Source of the DNA: Octopus vulgaris
Lineage: Eukaryota
DNA length: 64,000 nt
NCBI GenBank assembly: GCA_951406725.2
Contig: OX597834.1
Span: forward strand, 4,154,001-4,218,000
Direction: 5' to 3'
The notes under the pieces are model-generated. The model made no database searches and had not been told where the DNA came from. It saw nothing but the letters and a program-made list of their open reading frames with translations. Shown here piece after piece: positions 52,618-64,000 of the stretch (positions within the stretch are counted from its first letter, which is position 1; each line of letters starts with the position of its first letter). Made by a program: the position numbers and the translations under genes.

Positions 52618-54809
52618 CTAATTGTTTTTTTTCACTAAACTTGTCCTTATTATGGTCATCTATATTTTGGCCCTTCCTTCATTGTCACTTTCCCTCCTCT
52701 TTTACCTCACTCTGTCCCTTTCCTTTCTTTTTCTCTCTTTCTCATCCCACCCTAATCCTTCAATCTCTCTGCCCCTACCTCTCTCTTCTCTTTCCACGTG
52801 ACCGGTGTTCTGCCAAGCCCGACCTTTCTTTCTTAGTTCGACTGCCATCCGTATAGCATCCCTCATATTTCTTCCCATGACTTTCCTCCCCTATGTCCCT
52901 GCCGTAAGGCTTCACTTCCACACACACCAGCTCAATTTAATTTGTCCTTAGCTGAAAGACCCCTGTTGTTAATGTCCTGTTATTTGTATTTGTAATTGTG
53001 TACCATTTCTCCATTTTTTTCGTTCTTGTTTTCATATACATTTGCTTGCTTTCTTCCAAGGAGTCTAGTGCTCTTAGCTTAGATTTTCTTGGGGCCAGCC
53101 AGATTGGAGTCGTCTTGAGTGTAACTGGGCGAAACTGCAATGATGATCTGGAACTCGACTGAGGATAAGAAGCTCCGAATGACCCGTCCTTGTTTTTTCC
53201 TGTTCTTTTTGTATCACCTAACTGTCTGGATGTTTTGTTGTCACCTGTTATGTTCTTGTTCCAATTTTAATTTTCCTTTATACACACACACACACACATA
53301 TATATACAAATCTGTTAAATAACCGTTCGGAGCTAGGAGTATCTTGTATACATCGCACAACCCGTACGTTTAAATATTTTAAATAATAATATTGTGAATA
53401 TTCCTAAATTTTTCAAATTTTAATTCTTTATAACCAAATAAGAACGAATTTACTTTACTGGTTTTTAATTCAACATACATTGATTACTAAAAAACTTCAT
53501 TGCAAACTTAGAATTAAATTCTTCTTTTTCTAATATTCTCCAATACTAAGTAGCATAAATTCTATGTCCCTAAGGAAACTATTCGGTTCACCTTGATTAT
53601 CTCACTTCCATTTCTTAATATAATTAATATAATTAACCTAAGATATTTTTACCTAATCAATTAACCTTTCTTCATGGGTAGTAAATATTATTTCCAACAG
53701 ATCCTATATTTTAATTCATTAATAACAACTCACTATCTATGAAATCTGAATAATTTATTCTTCTAAATTACCTCTATTCATATTATTAAATCACCTTCTA
53801 CTAAACCTACGAATATCTTTCTTCTTTGATTTCTCCTCTTCCATTTTTCCTAGTATATATTTTGGACCCCTAATATATTCACTTGATTAATAAGACTTTT
53901 TTTTTCCCCAATTAATAAGTATTATGCCTACTCGTAATAAGTGATAGACTTTTCTCTAAATTGAATAAATTTTAGATCTATATTTTCTCCTTTAATCCAA
54001 CGTATCAAAGTACTCAGAACCTATCAGCTATTTTATAATGTTGATGTATACTAGTTTTATAAAATCTCTGCATTCTCTGTGAGTGTCATTATAACCATTT
54101 GACATTAACCTAGTTCTCCTAATGCCAAATCTGTTTACCAAATAGTAGTAATTGGCATTGTAATGTGACAATCCCTTCCTATCTACCTAAATTTCTTTAT
54201 ATGGAACTTTGACATCTATTTCACCCCTATTTCTATAAATAGAAAATCTTTCTTGTCTCCTTTCAATTGTCCATTCTTCTCAGAACCTTCTAGTAGTTCA
54301 GAGCAGCTGAATATTAGCCAGTCAGTTGATAAACTCCACTACCTCAAATGTTCTTAAAATTCAAATCTTTGTCTATATATCTACCTTCTCAGTAATGTTA
54401 CCACTTGATATGAAAATTATGTATTAATGGAAAACCTCTATTAATGGCTGATGAGTGCTCAGTATTTTAAAACTGTTGTAATACTTACAACATTTAATAA
54501 AATGATGTAGTGGGAAACGATTGTACCAAATTACCGAAGTTATTTTTGTTGCTTATTTTAATTATAATCACCCTAGGGATTTATATGGATAACACCATAC
54601 AAAATTCTGGTGCATCTAACTTAAGTATCATATTCATTTGAATCTAAATTTTGCTGAACTTATACACACACACACACATATATACATACATACATACAGA
54701 ATAAGCACTAGGCTTACAAAGAATAAGTCCTGGGGTCAATTTATTCAACCTAAAGGCGGTACTCCAGTATGGCTACAGTCAGATGACAGAAACAAGTAAA
54801 AGAATAAAA

Positions 54810-54812
<3 letters not shown>

Positions 54813-54873
<61 letters not shown>

Positions 54874-54994
54874 TTTATTTTAAGAGTAACAGATTTTGTT
54901 GAATTTTCTGCTGCTTAAAATAAAGCATATTACTCTACCACTGGTATTTGAGTACTCTTTTTTCCACCTTGTTTCACATTTATGTGTTTACTCC

Positions 54995-55050
<56 letters not shown>

Positions 55051-55157
55051 AGAGAGAGAGAGAATGAGAGTGAGAGAGAGAGAGAGAATGAGAGAGAGAC
55101 AGAGTGAGAGAGAGAGAGAGACAGAGAATGAAAGAGAGAGAGAGAGAGAGGGAGAGA
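54813..55157. repeat. (TA)n and (GA)n microsatellites
   Basis: Direct reading. Confidence 0.9.
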
Positions 55158-55560
55158 TTGATTAGTTATTTAAATTGACTTTAATACGTGATTGGTACTC
55201 TAGTATATTGACCTAAAAAAACAAAAAATGAAATATTTTTGATTGTCGAGCAGTCATTCCTTTTAATAATTTTGCATATCTAGAAATCACATGACGTACA
55301 AAACCTTAGCAACTGTCTCAGCTGTGATGTCTGTTGTAGTTCATAGGATGTGTGTACTATTTATATGCTTTATTTTCAGGTTTTTGTGCAACAGGTGTGT
55401 GGGCAATCTGAAATTATAGTAGATTGTTTGGGCACACACCTCTGATCGATAATTTCAAAGCTTCCTAAATAATGAGTGCTCAATAATTTTTTGATGTAAT
55501 GCATTATGTTAACATAATGCTGACTTTTCTAGAAGCAAATGACTTTCATTTTATCTTCAG

Positions 55561-55610
55561 GTGCAAAATACGGAGTACCTGTGAATTTTTCTACTTGCCC
55601 TCTGAGACTG
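55561..55610 (+). CDS. Candidate 50-nt internal exon (AKYGVPVNFSTCPLRL in phase 1)
   Basis: Acceptor TTTCATTTTATCTTCAG, donor CTG|GTGAGC. Confidence 0.3.
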
Positions 55611-55736
55611 GTGAGCATGATACCAGAACTTGCTCACCCTGTGTTCCTTATTCTAAAGAAAAGATCCCACCCCTGACACAGTAAACGATCATCCTATTGC
55701 TTTCACCTCTAATATTCCTAAGATGATAGAGACAGA

Positions 55737-56000
55737 TCATTGTTTAACGTCTGCTTTCCATGTTTAGCATGGGTTGGACGATTTTGACTGAGGGCTGGCT
55801 AACCAGATGGCTGCACCAGGCTCCAGTCTGATCGAGCAGAGTTTCTACAGCTGGATGACCTTCCTAATGCCAACCACTCCAAGAGTGTAGTGGGTGCTTT
55901 TTACGTGCCACTGGCACAGGGGCCAGTCAGGTGGTACTGGCAACGACCTCACTCGAATCTTTTTACACATGCCACCAGCACAGGTGCCAGTAAGGCGACA
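55737..56000 (-). mobile_element. RTE family 2 3' UTR fragment
   Basis: Core and tail. Confidence 0.8.
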
Positions 56001-56019
56001 TAATAACAATAATATTCTC

Positions 56020-57180
56020 CAACATTTTGAATCTCTTCTCAGTGACCATCTGTATGGCTTCTGCCAGATCCAGTGGAACTCTACTCTTATGGTGAATGAC
56101 ATAAGAGAAGAGTTCTTACACTTTAGAGAAATTTCTTGAAAGCAATGTTGTTGCCCTAGATATCAGCAAAAACTTTGACTGCATCTAACATGTAAATCTT
56201 CTATCAAAATCTTCCTACCTATGGGCTCCATCCATCTCTCATCTCTTGGATCTGTAGCTTCCTGTTTGATTGCACAATGATAGCATATGTTAGCAGCACT
56301 CTCTCTATTCCACTCTCAATAAACTCTAGTGTTCCCTAGGGTTCAATTCTGTCTCCCACTCTACTCTTCCTATACATGAATGACCTACTTCCTCCACTCC
56401 AACTACATCTGTTTTTATGCAGATGATATGACTTTTTATTTCTTGCTAACTTTCCTCAATCATGCATCATCCAGACACAGCCTAGAAACTGCAGGCAAAA
56501 CCTTTATTGGTTCCATAAACAAAGGCATTGAGAACATTCTTCTGTAGGACCATTCCAACCTTGTCTCTTTTATCAAGAAAACACCCTACTACGCATGCGG
56601 AGCACTCATCTAGAGCACTCACAGTCACCTGAAATGCTGGATTTAATATCATTAAGGATCTCTTCTGGTGGAAGCACATCTTTAGCATAGCTAGAATTAC
56701 TTCCCAAAAACTAGCCCTTCTTTTCAATATCAAAAGCTATTTCAGTCCCCAACAGCAGTTGACACTGTGCAAAGCTCAAATGAGGTCCTCAATAGAGTAC
56801 AACTCCCACATCTGTGATAGTACTGTTGCTATGCACACAGACATCCTGAGAATAGCCATTTAGCTGATTGGCATGCTGTCAGTTATGGACACACTCCAGC
56901 CTCTGGCCCACAGACATGCTGGCTCTTTGTCTTGTTTATCACTACTGATAATGGCCTCTGCTCCTTGGAACTGGCTGATCTTGTACCTCCACCATCCTGG
57001 CCTATTTGTGTTTCCACTTCTCATCACCCTGGTTGCACACAAACTGCTCTTTTGTTTCACACTAACCATTTTCTCGTCTTTCCTCCTTCTTAATTTTTTA
57101 AAATCTTAGTTTGAAAATCTTTGGGACCACCAACTCCCTCTGACTTCCATACCTTTTCACATTTCAAGTTTTTGCTTAAA
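56020..57180 (+). mobile_element. Degenerate CR1/L2/Jockey-group LINE RT
   Basis: LSDHLYGF, VALDISK, INSSVP*GSILSPTL..YMNDL, FYADD. Confidence 0.8.
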
Positions 57181-58111
57181 ACAACAACAAAATATCTCTG
57201 CCTGATATGAATTAAGATATGAACTAAGATAAAACTATTAACTGCCTCATATGAAGGTTTAACTGGGAACATTTGAAATGGCATATAATGATTTTTTTTA
57301 GTGAATAATTGATGATAACTCATGTTAATGGATGTCATATCAAGAATGCATTGATTTATGCTATTTCCTTTCCAATTCTGTGGAGTTTTTGATATAGTAA
57401 AGAGATATTTCCATCTTGTTTTATAGTTCATTCAACAACCAACTTTAATTATGTAATTAATGAAAACTCATGTAAAGGAAAGCGGAACCAGATCGATTGA
57501 TGATATTCACCAATCTTAAGGAAAAAAAATAATATCTAAGTTTTTATGAACTGTATTACAAGGTTTAATAATCCTTATTCAAGTCTTGCAAAACACATGT
57601 ATTGAAGAAAATCTTCAAATATTTAAAGAATTTTTACTTTAGATTTTGCTGAATGAAAAGTATACTAGCAGAAGCATTTAGCATGGAAACCTTATTCATT
57701 CCATGTGCATTGCTTTGGACAGTAGGGACAATAAACTCAAGATATATTCAGAAATATTTTGTTTCCAATTGTGAGTTTATTTTAGTCCTTGCATTTCAAT
57801 ATAGTAAAATAAGATCTTTGAAAAGTTAGTGGTAACGAGAATTGAATGTCAATGACTTGTACTTTTGCAATGAAAAACAAACCCGCTAATAAGTCCCTGT
57901 TAGCCTTCAATACCTCTGTCTTTCTTTATACCTTTTCAAATGTCACAAGATTGGGCCTTTAGATGTTGTAGGTTGTTGCTGAGCCATGTAATCTTACTGG
58001 TGGTAAATCCAGATGAAAAACATATACAAGCAAGGTTGTAACTTTAAACATGTTTATTGTGGCCACACGTATATACACAATGGAATCTCTCTATATATAT
58101 AAACGGCAAAA

Positions 58112-58148
<37 letters not shown>

Positions 58149-58212
58149 ATGTCCTTGCCTGCAAGTCTTGCTTCAACTTACCAGGAGCAAATCCTGAAGA
58201 AACACACTACAG

Positions 58213-58410
58213 CAGTGGTTCCCAAACTTTTTAGAGTCATGACCCACTATTTATCACACCAGTTTATGATGACCCACTTATAAGTCTTGAACTATCTCGA
58301 TAGACAGCAGTTAATCAAAGCTAATGTGTAATTTTATATCTTTTTACGACCCACTAAGATTCCGTTCATGACCCATCTGTGGGCCGCGACTCATAGTTTG
58401 GGAACCACAG
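58213..58410. mobile_element. hAT Charlie-like MITE, 198 bp
   Basis: 16-bp TIRs CAGTGGTTCCCAAACT (one mismatch) and perfect 8-bp TSD CACTACAG. Confidence 0.92.
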
Positions 58411-58593
58411 CACTACAGATTTTGCCAGGGTAAGTTGAAATATCCTGGAGTGATCAATTTTCAGTTGACAACACCTGGAAAGGTAAGTTTTCAGGTGGGG
58501 TTAAGGTGGGATCAGAACCTAACTTATTTCACTGATACCTTACTGCCATCATCACTACAACCCCAATAACAACAACACAACCAAAACAGCCAT

Positions 58594-59097
58594 CATCATC
58601 ACATCATCATCATTGTTTGACCGTTGTTGAGACGATGGAATTTCCTATGTTACGCCTGCCCTCACAGTCCATCATAGCATTACGGAGGTCCTGTTGCTGG
58701 ATGCCTGTATCCCTGGAGATTACATCAGGGTAGGAGAGTGTGCACCCTCTGGTATTGCGAGTAGATAGCTTCCAGAGGAGAAGAGTAGAAATTACCTTGT
58801 TTACAGCTCTACAACAATGTCCAGAAAACTGGACTCTTCTACCTATTTCTATACTACCCACAAGGGGCTAAGCACAGAGAGGACAGACAAACAGATTAAG
58901 TCGATTATATCGACCCCAGTGCGTAACTGGTACTTATTTAATCAACCCAGAAAGGATGAAAGGCAAAGTCGACCTCGGCGGAATTTGAACTCACAACATA
59001 GCGGCAGACAAAATACCACTAAGCATTTTGCCCGGTGGGCTAACGTTTCTGCCAGCCCACCATCTTCTGGACTCTTCCACCTTTCACAAGAGATGAT
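58594..59097 (-). mobile_element. RTE family 1 3' end split by a SINE B (58844-59066)
   Basis: Matches about 25300-25561 in reverse; SINE TSD CTGGACTCTTC(T/C)ACC. Confidence 0.85.
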
Positions 59098-59879
59098 ACA
59101 GACATTCACAGACATCACCACCATCACAGCACCAGTATCAACATTATCAATACTTTGTAAGGGTGTCATTATTCAGGTAGGGTATCCAGAGATGATGAAT
59201 TTTCAGGTGGCAACACCTTGGGCTATAATTTTTCAAGTGAGGTCCAGTTGAGATCAAAACACTGATACATAACCACCACCACCACCATCATCACAACTAT
59301 CACCATCGTTGCCACAAGCAACAACTACCACTTTTATCACAACTATATCATGAGTATTGACACAACAACTATCACCATCACCACCACCATCGTCAACATA
59401 TGCATAACTGCTACTACTATCACCACCAACATCAGTGCCACCACCCCCATGACTACCACCACAGATACAACCACCAATAATCAATGGAATCACTATGCCA
59501 TCACACAAACTGCTTGAAATAGGGACCAAATCTTCCTCAAATAAGAATGTGACGGAATGCATGCTTTGCCACAGAGAAAAGTGAGGTGAGATGTTTGTGG
59601 CAAGAACTTCTTCCATCACAGATCTGCTCAACTAGTTCCGATCTCGGACCAAACACTAACAATATATATAACGTATTGTTAACATCTGGCAATTTATTCC
59701 ATACAATTATTCTATATAATTATCTTAGCTTCAATTATTTTTGGAACAATAAGATTTACTAACTTTTATTTAAACAATTCACAATGAAGATGTACAATAG
59801 AAAGGAATATATTTATGTTATCCTAATTATACAAATTAATATTCATTGAGTGCTGAGGTGATGAGTCTTTGGGTGGTAC

Positions 59880-60043
59880 AAACTGTGATATTGAGTCTTC
59901 ATGTTGGTTTGGCTCAGGTGACAATTCTTCAGATGGTGTAAGTTGTGACTGTAATTCTTCATGTGGAGTAGGCTCAGGTGAGAATTCTTCAGATGGTGTA
60001 AGCTGTGACTGTGATTCTTCATGGCTCAGGTGACAATTCTTCA
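59880..60043. repeat. 60-bp tandem repeat, 2-3 copies
   Basis: GGCTCAGGTGA(C/G)AATTCTTCA at 59911, 59971 and 60023. Confidence 0.85.
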
Positions 60044-60421
60044 AGTGGACATTATCAAGTAAAGATTCTTTTGTTGATGGGGAAAAATAAGAAAGAACTG
60101 CATAAAATCCTGAGTCATAGATTCCTTAACAAAAAAATCCTGATGAGTCACAAAATACTAGAAATTATTTTCCAGTGATTTTTATTAAGCTTTTGATGAT
60201 TTTGAAAAATTTATTTTACCAAGCAATTGCATTATTTTTTATTTCCCACCCACACAAATACTTCACAGTTCATACTCAAATTTAAGTAACAGAAAGTCAT
60301 AATCCAATGCTGTTTCATTACCAAGCCAGTGCAGCCGTGATTGGAATAGTTTTGTATACCAGGTTTACAGTATTGTTTTTGTAAACAGAATTATTTTCAT
60401 GATAAGTAAACGCATGTTTTA

Positions 60422-61260
60422 CCCTTTAGCATCTCTATATATATAAACAGCAAAATGTCTGTCTGTGTGTCCTTTATACAAATCCACAATTTTTCAGTTA
60501 GAGGGCTCGCACTTTCTATGGTCATTCAAAACCGTCCAAGGGTGGTTGTGCACATCTTTACATTTCCCCAGTCACCCCGCAAAGCCATTAAAAAAATCAA
60601 TAGAAGTGACATTTTTGTGAATTTTCTATCCAAAACCCAATCAAAATGCCCGAGACTTGATACGCCAATTGAATGCCATCTAGCTGTATGTGATTGGTCG
60701 GAGATTTGGACAGTACTCGTGTGTATGTGCGCACGCATGCAGCTGTATATGCATGCACTAGCATTATGACCCGACGTTGCCGGGTCATAGTGCTAGTTCA
60801 GATTATATTGTCAAATGTAATGCTTATTTATTCACATTGTTTTGAATTTTCAGGTGGCAACACCTTGGGCTATAATTTTTTAAGTGAGGTCCAGTTCTGG
60901 TCAGGACACTAATACATAACTACCACCACTACTTGCAACAACACCTAAACCACCACCATCATTACCACCAGCAACACTACCATTTTTATTACAACCATCA
61001 CAACTACCACCACCATCAACATTGCCAATACCAGCATAACTGCTTCTACTATCACCACCAACATCAACGCCATCCCCATGACTACCACCACAGATACAAC
61101 CACCAATAATCATTATCTTATGGCTTTGAGATTTCGATGATGTGATCATATATTTTTAGAATGACATTGTAGGGTAGGTGTAAGAGGTTAGATCTTGACA
61201 GTTTGAATGTAAAGCAACGGAATATTCGGGCTGGATATGACTGGTTTAAATGTTAAAGGG
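60422..61260. mobile_element. piggyBac-like MITE carrying two insertions
   Basis: CCCTTTAGCA.. start and ..TGTTAAAGGG end; MITE body resumes at 60797-60848 and 61107-61260. Confidence 0.8.
60432..60796 (+). mobile_element. Non-autonomous Helitron
   Basis: A|TC start, hairpin TATGACCCG-ACGTTGC-CGGGTCATA, CTAG|T end; removal restores the MITE consensus. Confidence 0.92.
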
Positions 61261-62567
61261 TCCCTGAGTTAGCAAAGTAAAATGTTCAATTTATGCCAAT
61301 AAATTGCGTTCTTGTACTCAGCTGGAGCAGAGGTTTTTCCCTCTTTTCTTAGTTTTCTGTCATAATAGAAGCACTGATGACAGTGAAAGTAATAGTCAAA
61401 CTTGGACACTTGTTGGTTGGGCAGCAACAGGTGATTCTACACCACAAAAATTAATTACCAACTTTGTCAATGAATATCAGATCCTCTCAGTACTTTATCG
61501 GTAAATTACTTTATTGTTCTGGATTGAAAAGTGAAGTTAACCGTGACAAGGTATGAAACTCAGAACAATACTGAATACTGCAGCCATTCTGTTCAACGCT
61601 CCAATGATTTTGTCTCAGTCTGATGAAATGCGTAGAATACCCTTTTGCACATTTTGATACATATTTATCACATGCTATTATGAGATGGCAGCACGGATTT
61701 TTGTCAGTGAACAGGTCGCGGTCACAAAGCGACGAAAATATTTTGACAAATTAAACTTAAATGTTGAAGCGAATCGAACGGCTTTTGTGTGTTTCTTAAA
61801 TGGCTTAAAAACACCTTCCACGCTGCAATTGTTTTCATTTCAGTACACGACCTCAGATCAAATCACTTGCTATGCAAGTACATCTCCGCAAAAGTTAGTT
61901 GTTTGATCAGAAACATCATTTGTCTGGAGATAAGCTTTAATATATTTTAGTAGGTGGGGAAATGGGAATTGTTGGAGGCGAAACAGAGTAAGTAAAATAA
62001 GTTGTACCCAGAAATGGAACCTGAACCATAGCCTTGTTTTATAGGACGTATCATACATACGTTACAGTCTGTGTGTGCTGATCTTTACACAGTTGTATCT
62101 ATATCTCCATGCCTCATAAGGCTATCAATCTGCTTCTAGAAAGTTCTTTTCTAAAATGCAGATAGTTCTGCATACACATTTCCCATCTCTGCACCAATAT
62201 TGTCATAGGTGTTACTTTTAGAATACAAGAAGCCAGAAATGACACCACAAGACAATTCACCACTCTAACAATTTTTGCAAATCCGTCTCCTAATTGGTAC
62301 TTTGTTGATTGCTGTGGGGAAACATTTGCAGCAGATCTCTCCTTGGAGTCAATTACACAGCATCTCTGTTAAGATGCAGATTTGCAGCATGTCCAATATT
62401 ACCATATTTGGCAGTTTTATAACAGCAAGCATTAAATTGCCTGTGCAAATAACATGCTTACTGATACATATCACAGCCAACAATATCTTGAGTTGGCTGT
62501 GATAGAATGTCAGTAGAAAAGAACTGTCTTGGTTCTCATGCCAAAATACAAACATCTGCCATTTAAA

Positions 62568-63761
62568 CCCTTTTGTTATTGTATTTATTTTGAGATACTA
62601 TATTTTATATATTTATATTTTATCTAGTTTCAGCTCACGAGCTGTGGCCATGCTGGGGCACCGCCATTTGGTGTTGCTACATAATTTTACTTCACGAATG
62701 CTTTTTAGCAATTGCCATTTGGTGCATGAGAGAGTTCGATGCAGCTGCCCTCATCTGCACCTCCTGCCGTGAAGTTGGTTCATCTGGGACACCTGACAGG
62801 AAGAGATCCAGTTTTATTTTAAAGACATCTGCATCCACCCCATGCAGGTCTCTCAGGTCCTTCAGGAGGATATTGAAGAGCTGTGGACCTCTGAAGCCCA
62901 GGCTATCACAGTATCTTGTCCTACATCTTGATGGCAAATTTGGAGTCCTTGGCACTATGCAGTGGCACCCAGTTCTGGTATTTGTGTAACTCTCGATGCC
63001 AAAGTTTGGTATAAGTCCTTCCAGGATCTTCCAGATGTATATTATGGCATATCTTTCTAGCCTACATTCTGAGGAATAGAGTCTTAATCTCTTGAGTCTT
63101 TCCCAATAGCTTATATGCTGCAAAGAGGCTATCTTCTTTGTGTGGCTTCGTTGGATCGCCTCGAGTTCTGTGATTAATTTGACACTGGATGGTGACCATA
63201 GCTGAGAGCAATAGTAAAAGTGGCTTAGGGCAAGTGTCCTCCAGAGGACCATCATGGTTTCCTGGTCTCTTGTTCTAAAGGCTCTAAGAATCCATCCGGT
63301 CAGCCGCCTACATTTCATTGCCAATTTAGCAACATGCACATGAAAGGTTGCATCATCACTCATGTAAATACCCAGGTCTCACACTGATTGTGCCTCTGGG
63401 ATTGCAATCCCTCCAGGTCCAGTGTATTTATTGGGTATTGCATTTAGTTTTGCATGCTGATAACATAAAGCTTGAAACTTTTCAGCATTGAACTGCATGC
63501 TATTCTTTTCGGCCCACTTGTATATTTTGTCCAGCTCACATTGCAGGTGCTTAGTGTCCTCAGGGTTCTGTATTACCTTTTTTTCAATTAATTTTAAATA
63601 TAACAAAGAATTTAGTAAAATAACTTGGTTATCATTAAGCTAGTGTAAGGAACATAAATTGTGACTAAGGTTTGGTGGAGGATTTTAATTCAAAACTTAT
63701 GAAAACAAGACATTTGTACTCAGAGCCAGAGCCGGTTTCAGCCGGGTTGGTAACGAAAGGG
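62568..63761. mobile_element. Second piggyBac-like MITE family, hosting a LINE
   Basis: CCCTTTTGTTA.. left end and ..TAACGAAAGGG|TTAA right end. Confidence 0.55.
62620..63575 (-). mobile_element. CR1-like LINE ORF2 3' part and tail (same group as 49540-50260)
   Basis: LQCELDKIYKWAEKNSMQFNAEKFQ..DLGI; [24 protein letters not shown]. Confidence 0.92.
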
Positions 63762-64000
63762 TTAAAACTAGCCAGAGATAATATATAATAAATATGACTG
63801 GAAACTTTGTTACTCACCCACATTATTTAAGACCATCTGTCAATAATTTACCAGCATACATATCTCTCGTATCTTATCTACTTTCTTTCAAAGATGCTTG
63901 CATAAATATACCCAAGGGACATAAAATATTCTAATATACTCATATCCAAATCATCAAATAATGATTATATTGGCTGAGAACAATCATGTAATTTATTCAT

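Noticed and set aside
53300-54650. Long AT-rich tract possibly from a Penelope element
   Set aside because: No translatable diagnostic motif found by eye; left unassigned

Overview
Eukaryotic, AT-rich, repeat-dominated genomic DNA, most likely from an octopus. That is an inference from the tRNA-derived SINE families, RTE/CR1/Penelope LINE relics and dense (TA)n/(CAT)n microsatellites. No intact transposon ORF and no nameable host gene is present. Most of the window is nested debris: four SINE families, several RTE and CR1-like LINEs, two mariner relics, hAT, Tigger-like and piggyBac-like MITEs, Helitrons and Penelope fragments. A CpG-rich, largely TE-free island at about 29.3-31.1 kb carries a credible first coding exon on the minus strand (MADTVGLLKREHA, CAG|GTAAGT donor) and a weaker divergent plus-strand candidate. 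The main oddities are: a minimal hammerhead-ribozyme-like motif at the apex of a long hairpin beside a Penelope relic (48.6 kb); a roughly 80% acidic poly-Asp ORF whose repeat units vary mostly at synonymous positions (35.9-36.4 kb); a SINE that forms fixed-junction 184-bp multimers and whose TSDs overlap its own tail; a covarying SINE/LINE 3' stem-loop; and a tail-out inverted RTE pair. TE boundaries are read by eye and are approximate unless a TSD or TIR is quoted.
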